This document shows, in pieces, positions 8,384-18,095 of a stretch of 64,000 nt of DNA (its first letter is position 1; each line of letters starts with the position of its first letter). A program made the position numbers and the translations under genes. The notes under the pieces were generated by a model, which was given only the letters and a program-made list of their open reading frames with translations, was not told the DNA's origin and did no database searches. Origin of the DNA: Gemmatimonadota bacterium (GTDB taxonomy: Bacteria; Gemmatimonadota; Gemmatimonadetes; Palauibacterales; Palauibacteraceae); NCBI GenBank assembly GCA_965116475.1, contig OZ220691.1, positions 544,001 to 608,000 of the forward strand, written 5' to 3'.

Positions 8384-10705
8384 TCAGCGGGGCGGTCTCC
8401 GCGGCCTGCGCTCGACGAAGATGCGCGGCTCGCCCAGCACGATGTCCCGGCGGATGTCCCGGCTGACCTCTGCGACCGCCGTTCGGGCGGCGGCGCCGGA
8501 ACCCCGCGGCCAGGGCAGCGCCTTCGATAGGTCCACCGTGTAGCCTGCGTCCACCAGGGCGCCCAGGGAGATCGAATTGGCATCCCAACCGCCGAAGGGA
8601 CCCATGAGTTCGTAATCCACGATGTCCTCGTGCCAATGCGACCCGCAGTTTGTTTGAATGGGTACGCCGGGCAGGTCGGGATCGCCTCCCCCGGCACGGA
8701 ACGCCTCCACCGCTTGCGGACCTGTGAAGTACTCGCAGTCCGAGGTCGCGAGACCCTCCTCCGACCGCCAGGAAACCAACCCGAGGAGGTGGCCGATCTC
8801 GTGGCGTGCCAGCCCCTGGCTGGGGAACCCACCCATCACCACGTACCCGCCGCCGGGGTCGAGCGCCGGAGCGTCTCGACCGCCCCCAGCCGGGAAGAAG
8901 CAACCATCGGCGTAGCCCGAACTCCCCGTGAGCTCTTCAATGCGGGTGGCGACAAGGATTTCGTCCGCCAGGGCCCTCACCTTGCCGCCGAACGGGTCCC
9001 CATTCGGGCAGCCGGCCTCGCGGTCCGGCCACTCGGTTCCGTCGAGAATGTCGGACCACCAGTCCGCAGCCTCTGTCATGGCCCGGCCGTAGCCGAACGG
9101 CACGGGCTGGTCGACGACGATGTCGATGCCGAACGTCCCCACGGCGTCGCGCACCTCGACGTACGCGACCGCGCTGTCCCCTCCGGCCGCCGGGAGAATC
9201 GTCACGTCGGCGGATCCGCTTCCCAGGGGCGACAGCGTAAGCCAGCCATCGGCCGACGAAGCGGCCACAACCGAAGAGTCCGAGATGATCACCGCCGCAG
9301 GGGTGCGGAGGTCGTCCGGGAGCGCGAGCGACAAGCCGTTCCCGTCCTCCCGCATCAGCGCGCTTGGCAACAGTCGCAGGGTGGGATCAGGGCAGGGGGT
9401 CAGGTCGGTCTCCAAGGCCTCGAGCCTCGCGCGGATGCCGGTATCGGCCGGGGCGCAGAATCCGGCCCCCAGAAAGAGGCGCATCAGGTCGGGAAGCTCC
9501 AGAAGGAAGGCAGGGAACGCGCCCGTAAGGTCGTTGCCGACCAGGTACAGCTCGGTCAGTTCGGCAAGGTTGCGCAACTCTGTTGGGATCGGGCCCGTCA
9601 GGCGATTTGCGCTGAGGTCCAGGAATTCCAGGTTGGCGAGACCGCCGAGTTCGGGCGGGATCGGACCCGTGAGACGATTCGCGCCGAGGCCGAGCTGTTC
9701 CAGGTTCGAGAGATTCGCGAGTTCGCGGGGAATCGGATCGGTCAACTCGTTCCGACTGAGGACCAGTTCGGTAAGGTTCGGGAGGTTGCCGAGCTCGGGC
9801 GGAATCGGACCCGTGAGGTCGTTCCAGTCGAGCCGCAGGAGTTGGAGGTTGGTCATGTTCCCGAGTTCGGGCGGAATCGGACCGGACAGGCCGCTGTTTA
9901 TCAGCTGGAGGTACCAGAGGTTGGTGAGGTTGCCGAGTTCGGGCGGGATCGAGCCCGAAAGGGTGTTCCCCCAGAGCGACAAGATGCCGAGGCTGGCGAG
10001 GTTGCCCAGTTCGGGCGGAATCGGACCCGTGAGATCGTTTCCGTCGAGGACCAGCGAGTAAAGGTTGGGCAGACCGCCGAGTTCAGGCGGAATCGGACCC
10101 GTGAGGTCATTCAATCTGAGGTCCAACTTGTTGAGGTGGGTGAGGCTGCCCAGTTCGGGCGGGATTGTGCCCGACAGATTGTTCTTGATAAGAGTCAGTC
10201 CCCACACGTTACCGTCCGTACTCGCAACTCCGTACCATTCGTTCAAGGGCGCGTCGGACAACCAGTTCGTGGCATCGATCCAGTTGGGCCCGTCCGTCGC
10301 CTCGTACAGCGCCAGCAGTGCCGCGCGGTCCGGCTGATCCACCGTGATCTCCGAGTTCCCGGTAGCGGAGCCGGCGGTCGCCGAGATCGTGGCGGTGCCG
10401 TCGCCCACCGCCGTGACCAGTCCGGAGGCATCCACCGTCGCAACGGCGGGGCTGCCGGTTGACCAGGTGACCGTCACTCCGGTCATCACCTGGCCGTTCT
10501 GGTCGCGCACCTGGGCCGCGAGCTGCAGGGTCTCGCCCAGAGTCGTGAGTGCAGCCCTGGGCGGGCTGACGAACACCGCCGTCGCCCGGGGCGGCTCCGG
10601 GGGCGAGGGGGGCGGGACCGGATCGGTGGAACCGTCACCGCAAGCTGCGATCCAGGCTACACACGCCCCGATGATCGCCGAGATGAGAATCCGCGGCCGG
10701 CTCAA
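8384..10705 (-). CDS. Lipoprotein with Ig-like domain, ~10 plant-type LRRs and C-terminal zinc metalloprotease (HExxH, leishmanolysin-like)
   Basis: Probable TTG start at 10705 with AAGGAG; lipobox IAAC; VATVDASGLVTAV..GTATISAT; LRR cap DRAALLALYEATDGPNW; 24-aa repeats N.L.GPIPPELG.L; HEIGH...SHW.E.....ELM. Confidence 0.88.
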   Translation of the reverse strand: MSRPRILISAIIGACVAWIAACGDGSTDPVPPPSPPEPPRATAVFVSPPRAALTTLGETLQLAAQVRDQNGQVMTGVTVTWSTGSPAVATVDASGLVTAVGDGTATISATAGSATGNSEITVDQPDRAALLALYEATDGPNWIDATNWLSDAPLNEWYGVASTDGNVWGLTLIKNNLSGTIPPELGSLTHLNKLDLRLNDLTGPIPPELGGLPNLYSLVLDGNDLTGPIPPELGNLASLGILSLWGNTLSGSIPPELGNLTNLWYLQLINSGLSGPIPPELGNMTNLQLLRLDWNDLTGPIPPELGNLPNLTELVLSRNELTDPIPRELANLSNLEQLGLGANRLTGPIPPELGGLANLEFLDLSANRLTGPIPTELRNLAELTELYLVGNDLTGAFPAFLLELPDLMRLFLGAGFCAPADTGIRARLEALETDLTPCPDPTLRLLPSALMREDGNGLSLALPDDLRTPAAVIISDSSVVAASSADGWLTLSPLGSGSADVTILPAAGGDSAVAYVEVRDAVGTFGIDIVVDQPVPFGYGRAMTEAADWWSDILDGTEWPDREAGCPNGDPFGGKVRALADEILVATRIEELTGSSGYADGCFFPAGGGRDAPALDPGGGYVVMGGFPSQGLARHEIGHLLGLVSWRSEEGLATSDCEYFTGPQAVEAFRAGGGDPDLPGVPIQTNCGSHWHEDIVDYELMGPFGGWDANSISLGALVDAGYTVDLSKALPWPRGSGAAARTAVAEVSRDIRRDIVLGEPRIFVERRPRRPPR

Positions 10706-10828
10706 ATGTGACTCCTTCACGCTCGGAAGACGCGGGACGACGACAAGCGTCAAGCTACGCCCTGCCGAGATGGCAGGACAGACCCTAAGTATATGACTGG
10801 AAGGCATATCGGACGACGGAGACACATT

Positions 10829-10858
10829 GTGGATGCACCGTGGATGCACCGTGGATGC
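10829..10858. repeat. 11-bp tandem repeat GTGGATGCACC x ~2.7 in a divergent intergenic region
   Basis: Read directly from the sequence. Confidence 0.85.
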
Positions 10859-10941
10859 CGGCCGAACGCTTGACGATGGACTCGACGTGAGCTATTGACG
10901 CGCTGCGAAGTTCGCGCCCCTTACGCCAGGAGATCCGCAAG

Positions 10942-13125
10942 ATGCTGCCAGCGTCCCTCGCCCCCGCTCGCGCGGCCGCCCCGCTGCTGTTCGCCGTCGT
11001 AACCGTCGTACTTGCGGCCGGCCCCGCCCAGGCGCCCGCGCAGGAATCCGCCCAGGAGCCTACGCTGACCGGCTTCACCGCGGCCCGCGCCGTCACGCAG
11101 CTCGCCTGCGAGGCCCGGTTCCTGGATCTGCCGCGCTCCGAGTCGTTCCGCGAGCACCTGCGCACGGTCACCGAGAATCCGCACCCGGCGGGGTCCGAGG
11201 CCCAGGTGCGGGTCGGCGACTACCTCGTCCAGGCCATGGAGCAGGCGGGGCTGGCGGTGACGCGCCACGCCTACGACGTCTACCTCCCGGAGCTGACCGA
11301 CGACGTCGAGGTGCACATCGTGACCCCGGTCGCGATGCAGCTCTCCAACCGCGAGCCCGCCCTGGCCGAGGACCGCTTCTCCGGCCACCCCGACCTCCTC
11401 AACGGGTGGAACGCCTTCTCCGGCTCGGGCGACGTCACCGGCGAGGTCGTCTACGCCAACTACGGCCGCCGCGAGGACTACCTGGCGCTGGACGAGATGG
11501 GCGTTTCCCTGGCCGGGAAGGTCGTGATCGCCCGCTACGGCGGGAACTTCCGCGGCTACAAGGTGAAGTTCGCCGAGGAGCGCGGGGCCGTGGGCGTCAT
11601 CATGTTCAACGACCCCGGGTTCTCGGGACTCGCCGCCTACCCCGAAGGCCCGATGATGAACGGGGAGACGATCCAGCGCGGCTCCGTCCTCACCCTCCCC
11701 TGGACCGGCGACCCGCTCACCCCGTTCGAACCCGCGCTGCCCGTCGACGGCACGGCCGGCGACCGGAACGGCGGCCGGCCGGTGGAGCGCCTCGACCCCA
11801 GCGAAGTGGAGCTGCACAGCATCCCCGTCCTGCCCATCGGCTACGAGGCCGCCACCGAGGTCCTGTCCCGCATGACCGGCCCCGAGGTCCCGCCCGGCTG
11901 GGCGGCGGGGATGGAGGTGGACTACCGCGTCGAGGGCGGCCCCGACCTCACGGTGCGCGTGCGCGTCAACCAGCCCATGAAGCTCACCCGCGCGACCAAC
12001 GTCGTGGGCACCGTGCGCGGCAGCGAGTTCCCGGACGAGTGGTTCATCCTCGGCGCGCACTACGACCCGTGGGGCTTCGGCGCCATCGACCCCAACGGCG
12101 GCACCGCGATGCTGCTGACCCTCGCCGAGGCGCTGGGCGAGCTGGCGCGCGACGACGAGTGCCGGCCGCGCCGCTCGATCATGATCGCGCACTGGGACGC
12201 GGAGGAGTACGGCATCATCGGGTCGACCGAGTGGGTCGAGGAGTTCCGCGAGGCGCTGGAGGCGAACGCGATCGCCTACATCAACGCCGACGCCGCGGTG
12301 TCGGGCGCCAACTTCGGCAGCTCCTCCTCTCCGTCGCTCAAGGGACAGATCATCGAGGCCACGAAGGCCGTGACGTACCCCGGCACCGGCGAACCGCTGT
12401 ACGACTGGTGGCTGGAGCGCGCGGGCGAGGGGGCGGCGGAACCCGGCCTCGGCAACCTCGGCGGCGGCTCCGACCATGTCGGTTTCTACACCCACGCGGG
12501 CGTGCCGTCGGGCTCGCTCTCCTCCGGCAACCCCGGCGGCGTCTACCACTCCAACTACGACAACTTCGCGTGGTACGAGCGCTTCGGTGACAGCACCTTC
12601 GCCCACGGGCCGATGATCGCCCGGGCCGACGGGCTCCTCGCGCTCCGCTTCGCCAACGCCGACGTGCTCCCCTACGACGTGGTCCGCTACGCGACCGACA
12701 CCCGCACCCATGTCGAGACGCTGTACGACGTCGCGGCCGAGCGCGGCCTGAAGGTCGACCTGTCGCGCCTCGTCGAGAGCACGCGGGAGCTGGACGACGC
12801 CTCCGCGGCGCTGGTGGCGGCGCGCGATGGCTGGCTCGGTTCGGGCGAGGTGGACGCGGCGCAGGCCGAGGCCGTGAACCGGGCCCTGATCGGCCTCGAG
12901 AAGGCCTGGCTGAACGACCGGGGCCTGCAGGGCCGGCCCTGGAGCCGCTCGATCTACGTCTCGCCCGATCCCTTCAGCGGCTACGCCTCGTGGATGCTGC
13001 CGGGCCTCCGCTATGAGATCGAGACGGACGACCGCGCCGACCTGCCCGGCTGGGAGCGCGTCTACATCGGCGCCGTCCGGAACCTGGCCGAGCGCATGCG
13101 GGCCGTGGCCGAGATGATGCCGTAG
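10942..13125 (+). CDS. M28 peptidase, glutamate carboxypeptidase II / transferrin-receptor-like (PA domain)
   Basis: VVYANYG..EDY, IARYG.NFRG.K, GAHYDPW.FGA.DPNGG, WDAEEYG.IGSTEW, GGGSDH, YHSNYD. Confidence 0.93.
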   Translation: MLPASLAPARAAAPLLFAVVTVVLAAGPAQAPAQESAQEPTLTGFTAARAVTQLACEARFLDLPRSESFREHLRTVTENPHPAGSEAQVRVGDYLVQAMEQAGLAVTRHAYDVYLPELTDDVEVHIVTPVAMQLSNREPALAEDRFSGHPDLLNGWNAFSGSGDVTGEVVYANYGRREDYLALDEMGVSLAGKVVIARYGGNFRGYKVKFAEERGAVGVIMFNDPGFSGLAAYPEGPMMNGETIQRGSVLTLPWTGDPLTPFEPALPVDGTAGDRNGGRPVERLDPSEVELHSIPVLPIGYEAATEVLSRMTGPEVPPGWAAGMEVDYRVEGGPDLTVRVRVNQPMKLTRATNVVGTVRGSEFPDEWFILGAHYDPWGFGAIDPNGGTAMLLTLAEALGELARDDECRPRRSIMIAHWDAEEYGIIGSTEWVEEFREALEANAIAYINADAAVSGANFGSSSSPSLKGQIIEATKAVTYPGTGEPLYDWWLERAGEGAAEPGLGNLGGGSDHVGFYTHAGVPSGSLSSGNPGGVYHSNYDNFAWYERFGDSTFAHGPMIARADGLLALRFANADVLPYDVVRYATDTRTHVETLYDVAAERGLKVDLSRLVESTRELDDASAALVAARDGWLGSGEVDAAQAEAVNRALIGLEKAWLNDRGLQGRPWSRSIYVSPDPFSGYASWMLPGLRYEIETDDRADLPGWERVYIGAVRNLAERMRAVAEMMP

Positions 13126-13156
13126 GAGGCTCGGCGACGCGGGGATCGCCGACCTC
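13126..13156. terminator. GC hairpin between convergent genes (possible bidirectional terminator)
   Basis: GAGG-C-TCGGCGA...TCGCCGA-CCTC inverted repeat; no clear U-tract. Confidence 0.4.
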
Positions 13157-15875
13157 AGAAATCGTAGCGCAGCCTCACCAGGGCCAACCGCCCCATCTCC
13201 GGCGCCCCGACGAACTCCCGGTGCCGATTGTCGAGCAGGTTGTACACCGTCAGCTCCAGGCGTGCGTTGGGCTGGAAGGGAAGCTGATACGAGGTCGTCA
13301 CGTCCAGGACGTGGTAGGCGTCCACGGGCCCGGCGAACACGCCCGACCGCATGTCGAACCCATCCGAGAAGCGCCAGCGCCCGTCGAGCAGGAATCCCCG
13401 GGCGCGGTCGGTGAACGCGAACCCCAGCGAGCCCTTGTGGCTCGGGGCATTGAGCGCCAGGTCGTCGCTTCCGGGGCAGTCCCCGTCCTCGTCGAAGTCG
13501 AAGCACTCCCTGCTCTGGAAGGAGTAGCCCGCGGTCAGGCTGACCCGGTCGGAGACGATGTACTGGGTGGAGAAGTCGGCGCCCCAGTAGCTGGCCGAGC
13601 CGAAGTTGCGCGAGGCCATCAGCAGGTCCGGCGCGTCGAACTGGTCCGGAGTGACGGCGCCGACCGGAACCGACGCCAGGCCTTCGGCCAGTTCCGCGAT
13701 CTGTTCGGCCGTGACCGCGCCGGCCTCGACGAGCGGCCCGAGACGGCTCGCCAGGAACGCGCCCGTGGAGGCCGGGTCGAGGAAGACGTTGGGCGATTCG
13801 ACCTTCAGCGCGCCGACGAAATTCTCGACGTTGGCGAAGTACACGTCGACGGCCAGCCGCAGGCGGTTCCGGATCAGTCCCTTGTAGCCCGCCTCGATGC
13901 TGTTGAAGACGGTCGGCAGGAGTTCGGGCAGCTCGAGGGGACCCGAGGCGAGCGGGAACGCCTCTCCACCGGCCGGTCCGAGCGCGTCCGTATTGAGACG
14001 CCGGAAGACCGTACCGAGCGCGGGATCGGTGGGCCGCGCTCCGGGTGCCAGCAGGAAGGACCGCAGCGTCGCGGGGGCGAACTGCTCGACCAGCGCGTCC
14101 CAGAACAGCCCGGCGTTGGCGGGGAGCTGGCCCGGGAGGAACGGGGAGCGCATGCAGTGGCCCATGAATCCCCCCTGGCACCGGTCCGAGAAGGTGAGTC
14201 CCCCGGAAGGAACGCCGCGCGCGCGCAGCGTGTATGCGACGCCCGGCGCGATCGGGACCCGGCCGGTCGGGATGTCCAGGAACAGGGCAGACGTCGAGGG
14301 CGTCGCGTACGCCTGGTTGTAGGTCAGCCGCAGGTTGTGGCCCTCTGCGGGACGAAACACGAGCGCGGCCCGCGGCGAGAGGTTGAGTTCCGCCAGGCGG
14401 TTGTGGTGGTCGACGCGCAATGCGGTCACCAGGTCGAACCGGTCGCCGAGACGCGTCTCGGAGTGCAGGTAGGCGCCGGTCTCGACCAGCAGATCGTCGT
14501 CCTCGTTGCGGCCGTAGATCGTGCCCTCGGACCGCGGCTCGGTGCGCTGCCAGTCGAACCCGTAGGTGAAGCGCTGCCGCGGGCCCCAGTCGAACCCGTG
14601 CTGCAACTGGGCCGCCATGGCGCGCGACCGGTCGACGATCAGGTCCCCGGTGCGCAGCAGGTAGCTGTTGTCCCCCGAGTGCGTCTGGTTCACGAAGAAC
14701 TGCGCGAACAGCCGGCCTTTGAGCACCCGCGCCTGCCCGTAGCGGTACTGCCAGTCGTGCGTCTGCGCGGACCCGACGCTGGTCAGGTTGATGCTGCTCA
14801 GCGAGTTGTTGAGACCCCCCGACAGGATGAATTCACCGTCGTCGGAGAACCGGAAGTCGGTGCGGACGTCGGCGAAGTAACGCTCGTTGACCGGGTCGCG
14901 CACACCGATGCGCGGCTGGCCGGGGCTTGCCTCGCGCGCCGCCACCTCCCACGGGTCCACGTACTCCCAGTCGTTCCCCCGCAGGTACTGGCCGGAGACC
15001 TTCAGCCCGAAGCGCTCGGACGCGGCGTGCGCGCTCCGGAAGAGAAGCTGGAAGACGGACCGCTCCCCGCCGCCCATCGAGACCGTCGTGCCCGGCCTGT
15101 CGATCGGCGAGGCCGTGATGATGTGCATGACGCCCTCGGCCGCGTTGGGGCCGTAGAGGGCGGCCCCCGGTCCGCGCGCCAGCTCGATCCTCTCGATGTC
15201 CATGTCGGTGGTGGGGATCATGTTGATGGCGTTGATCCTCAGCGCCGGGATGCGCGCATAACGGTTATCCACGATGCTGAGCAGCCGTCCGGACGAGACG
15301 TTGTTGAATCCCCGCACCACCACGTAGCTCTGCGTCAGTCCCGTCGCGGCGAGGTCGACCCCGGGCAGGGTCTTGATGTGGTCCGCCGGCGTGCGCGCGA
15401 TGATCCTGGACAGTTGCTCGCCCGTCAGGGTCGAGATGGATGCCGGAGCGTCGAGTTCCTTCTCCTCGCGGCGCGACACCGTGACGACGAGCTGGTTGAG
15501 GGCCAGGGCCCGGGAGCGGAGTTCGATGGCCACCGACACCGTGTCTCCCGCCCCGACGCGCACTCCGTCCGTGCGCGACGTCTCGTAGCCGATCCGGGTC
15601 ACGAGGACGGAATGCGTGCCCGGCGGCACCGAGAGGCGGAAGGCGCCCGATTCGTCGGTGGCGACCCGCCCGTCCGACAGCCCGAGCACCCGGACGGCGG
15701 CGGCGCTCACCGGGCTGCCCGTCTCGAGGTCGGTCACCCGCCCCGCAATGCCGGCCTGCTGGGCGAGGAGGTTCAGAGGGCTGAGTACCGCCAGCGCCGC
15801 GAGCACGACGAGCGCGTTCCCGCGCGCTCTCAGCGTCTCCCGACCGCCCGTGTGGTGCTGGTCTCCACGCGTCAT
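13155..15875 (-). CDS. TonB-dependent receptor with N-terminal carboxypeptidase-regulatory-like domain
   Basis: ATG at 15875 overlaps the upstream TGA; IAGRVTD..TG.P; plug IERIELARGPGAALYGPNA..GV; C-terminal NLLDN.H.EF.GAP.MGR...LRYDF. Confidence 0.93.
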   Translation of the reverse strand: MTRGDQHHTGGRETLRARGNALVVLAALAVLSPLNLLAQQAGIAGRVTDLETGSPVSAAAVRVLGLSDGRVATDESGAFRLSVPPGTHSVLVTRIGYETSRTDGVRVGAGDTVSVAIELRSRALALNQLVVTVSRREEKELDAPASISTLTGEQLSRIIARTPADHIKTLPGVDLAATGLTQSYVVVRGFNNVSSGRLLSIVDNRYARIPALRINAINMIPTTDMDIERIELARGPGAALYGPNAAEGVMHIITASPIDRPGTTVSMGGGERSVFQLLFRSAHAASERFGLKVSGQYLRGNDWEYVDPWEVAAREASPGQPRIGVRDPVNERYFADVRTDFRFSDDGEFILSGGLNNSLSSINLTSVGSAQTHDWQYRYGQARVLKGRLFAQFFVNQTHSGDNSYLLRTGDLIVDRSRAMAAQLQHGFDWGPRQRFTYGFDWQRTEPRSEGTIYGRNEDDDLLVETGAYLHSETRLGDRFDLVTALRVDHHNRLAELNLSPRAALVFRPAEGHNLRLTYNQAYATPSTSALFLDIPTGRVPIAPGVAYTLRARGVPSGGLTFSDRCQGGFMGHCMRSPFLPGQLPANAGLFWDALVEQFAPATLRSFLLAPGARPTDPALGTVFRRLNTDALGPAGGEAFPLASGPLELPELLPTVFNSIEAGYKGLIRNRLRLAVDVYFANVENFVGALKVESPNVFLDPASTGAFLASRLGPLVEAGAVTAEQIAELAEGLASVPVGAVTPDQFDAPDLLMASRNFGSASYWGADFSTQYIVSDRVSLTAGYSFQSRECFDFDEDGDCPGSDDLALNAPSHKGSLGFAFTDRARGFLLDGRWRFSDGFDMRSGVFAGPVDAYHVLDVTTSYQLPFQPNARLELTVYNLLDNRHREFVGAPEMGRLALVRLRYDF

Positions 15876-16645
15876 GGCCAACTCCCTGGCCGCGGCTGCG
15901 ACCGGTTGATGCCGCCGGGGCCGTTTCGGCGGGCGGCGCGTTCGTCTTCCAGGGCGCGCGTCATGCCGCTGGCGATCAGGCCGGCGGGGACCGCGACGAT
16001 TCCCATGCCGCAGATGAGGACAAGGAACGTGAAGATCCTGCCTCCCAGGGTGATCGGGTAGGCGTCGCCGTATCCCACCGTCGTGAGGGTCACGACTGCC
16101 CACCAGAGGCTGTGGAACGCGGACTTGAACTTCTCCGGCTGGGCCTCGTACTCGAAGTAGTGGATGCCCATGGCCGCGATGTAGAGAAGGACGAGGGTCG
16201 CGAACAGGAAGACCAGCGCTTCGTCGCGCGCGTGCTGGACGGCCTTGCCCAGTCGAACCATCGCGGTGCTGTACTGCACCACCCTGAACACGCGGAAGAC
16301 GCGCAGCAGGCGAAGGCCCCGTACCGGGCGGAGATCGATCATGGCGGGCCACAGCAGCGTGACGAAGAACGGGACCACGGCCAGCAGATCCACCACGCCG
16401 TAGAAGCTTCTGACGTAGCCCCACCTGTCTTCCGCCGTCCAGATCCGGAGCGCGTACTCGATCGTGAAGAGGACGATGATCACCGTCTCGACCGTGGCGA
16501 GAATCGTCCTCCACGGGGGCGGCAGGTCGGGGAACGTCGACAGCGACAGCGATACCAGCGAGGCCAGGATCAGCACCAGCACGCACTTGTCGAACAGCCG
16601 GCCGGCCGCCGTATCGGAGTCCTGCACGATGCTTCGGATGTTCAC
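15872..16645 (-). CDS. Voltage-gated potassium channel (ion transport protein)
   Basis: Selectivity filter WWAVVTLTTVGYGD; S4-like RGLRLLRVFRVFR; GTG start with AGGGAGG. Confidence 0.92.
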   Translation of the reverse strand: MNIRSIVQDSDTAAGRLFDKCVLVLILASLVSLSLSTFPDLPPPWRTILATVETVIIVLFTIEYALRIWTAEDRWGYVRSFYGVVDLLAVVPFFVTLLWPAMIDLRPVRGLRLLRVFRVFRVVQYSTAMVRLGKAVQHARDEALVFLFATLVLLYIAAMGIHYFEYEAQPEKFKSAFHSLWWAVVTLTTVGYGDAYPITLGGRIFTFLVLICGMGIVAVPAGLIASGMTRALEDERAARRNGPGGINRSQPRPGSWP

Positions 16646-16728
16646 GGGCGAACCTCCCTTCGGACCTATCGGGACGGAAGCTCGAGTCCGGCGCAAGCAG
16701 AATCTAGCGTGGCGTGCGACCTTGCAGC

Positions 16729-16968
16729 ATGGCTACCAGGCAAACACGAAACATCTCGCTTCCACCGCAGCACCGAAGGCTGCTCGAGAATTGGCTCTAT
16801 GAAGGCCTCAGCGACGAGGAGAGGGACCGGGTCCCGCCCGCGCTACTGGAGCGCGTCAGAGCGCACTTCCGCCAACTTGCCGAAACCGCCCTCCGCGAGG
16901 TCGAGGACGGCCGCGTGACGGACGGGCCCGCAGCCATGCAGCGGTTGAGAGAGCGAATCGATCACTGA
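16729..16968 (+). CDS. Possible ParD-like antitoxin remnant
   Basis: MATRQTRNISL N-terminus and GRVTDG.AAMQRLRERI C-terminus recall ParD/CopG antitoxins; no cognate toxin follows. Confidence 0.4.
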   Translation: MATRQTRNISLPPQHRRLLENWLYEGLSDEERDRVPPALLERVRAHFRQLAETALREVEDGRVTDGPAAMQRLRERIDH

Positions 16969-17000
16969 CCCGGATCGAACCACTACACGTGCTTGAGCTC

Positions 17001-17057
17001 AGCCTGAAACGCCGACCTCGGCGAGGCCGGGTGTCAGGTGAATACCGTATCAGAACA
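17001..17057 (+). mobile_element. IS481-family right-end remnant, copy 1
   Basis: GCCTGAAACGCCGACCTCGGCGAGGCCGGGTGTCAGGTGAATACCGTATCAGAACA, homologous to copies 2-5. Confidence 0.8.
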
Positions 17058-17173
17058 TCCTCAGGCACTAATGCCGGCGCGACTGGCTGTCGAGCAATTG
17101 CCTTACATTTACATTCCGTTTCATAGTACGATCCCAGACCGTCCCCTGCCCACATCACCTCTCGATAGCAATC

Positions 17174-18043
17174 TCACTTCCGTTGTCTTGACACCTTTAT
17201 CGTTCCGTCCTTCCCCTTGCCTTCTTCTTCGTTTGTATCGGCAGTTTTCCTCTGAAACATCGTACGAAAGCCTGGACCACGCACCCAACTGAATGTGGCC
17301 CCTACGAGCGCACTCGCCACTGCAGCTACCGACGTCGCTAACAATATTGTGGAATCGAAGCTGTCTCTAGCAACTGCATCTCCTACTCCGCCTAGTTCGC
17401 TACTGACGATGGCAACGGTGCCGGCGACCATCGATACTAATCCCGCCGCTGTTACAAGTCGCAAACGCTGAATCCTCGCTCTACGTTCTTCGTATCTCTT
17501 TAGTTGGTTGACCCAGCGCTGGGCCGCAGCACGTTGCGTTTCCTTTCCAAGTATCAGCGCGATCGATTGGAGTCGGTCCGGAGGTGTGTAGTCGTACATA
17601 TCGATGTGAAACATGTTACTCGCCATATCCCAGCGCTTCTCTTCCGCATATGACCGCAGACTGTGTAGCGCCGAGATTACGGCCGTCTTTGGCAATCCGA
17701 GTTTCAGCTTTGCTAGCTCATCTCTAAGGATTAGCAGACTAACCTGAAACTCGGGATCGTCATCTCGATCTTGCTCCAACAGATCCACACATTTATTCAG
17801 GAGTCCATGGAGGCGCGTAAATCGGTGACTCTTAGAGATGTACCTCATCCACAGAATATATGATGCTCTTACAATTCCAACGATTGCAGTCGCTTCAATG
17901 GCAACAACAACGTTTACAGGACCGTCTCGCCATAAACCTAATGTTAGAATATATATTGACGCCAACAACCACGAGACGGCGCGTATGCCGCGGTCCAGTT
18001 TCTCGTCGATCAGACCCGAAAAGTAGTGTTCAAGGAGACTCAT
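17174..18043 (-). CDS. Hypothetical membrane protein (2 N-terminal and 2 C-terminal TM segments)
   Basis: Probable start MSLLEHY at 18043; AT-richer ORF directly downstream of the DUF3800 gene. Confidence 0.6.
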   Translation of the reverse strand: MSLLEHYFSGLIDEKLDRGIRAVSWLLASIYILTLGLWRDGPVNVVVAIEATAIVGIVRASYILWMRYISKSHRFTRLHGLLNKCVDLLEQDRDDDPEFQVSLLILRDELAKLKLGLPKTAVISALHSLRSYAEEKRWDMASNMFHIDMYDYTPPDRLQSIALILGKETQRAAAQRWVNQLKRYEERRARIQRLRLVTAAGLVSMVAGTVAIVSSELGGVGDAVARDSFDSTILLATSVAAVASALVGATFSWVRGPGFRTMFQRKTADTNEEEGKGKDGTIKVSRQRK

Positions 18044-18095
18044 CGGCAAACCTCGTCCGTGTGTGCTTTGAGGGAATCCGCATGCGATGTTGACT

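Noticed and set aside
9490-10200. 72-bp periodic DNA repeat considered as a CRISPR or non-coding array
   Set aside because: It is fully explained by the 24-aa LRR coding repeats.
16112-16586. Upstream extension of the TonB receptor ORF to 16586
   Set aside because: It overlaps the K+ channel gene in another frame; the signal peptide follows the ATG at 15875.
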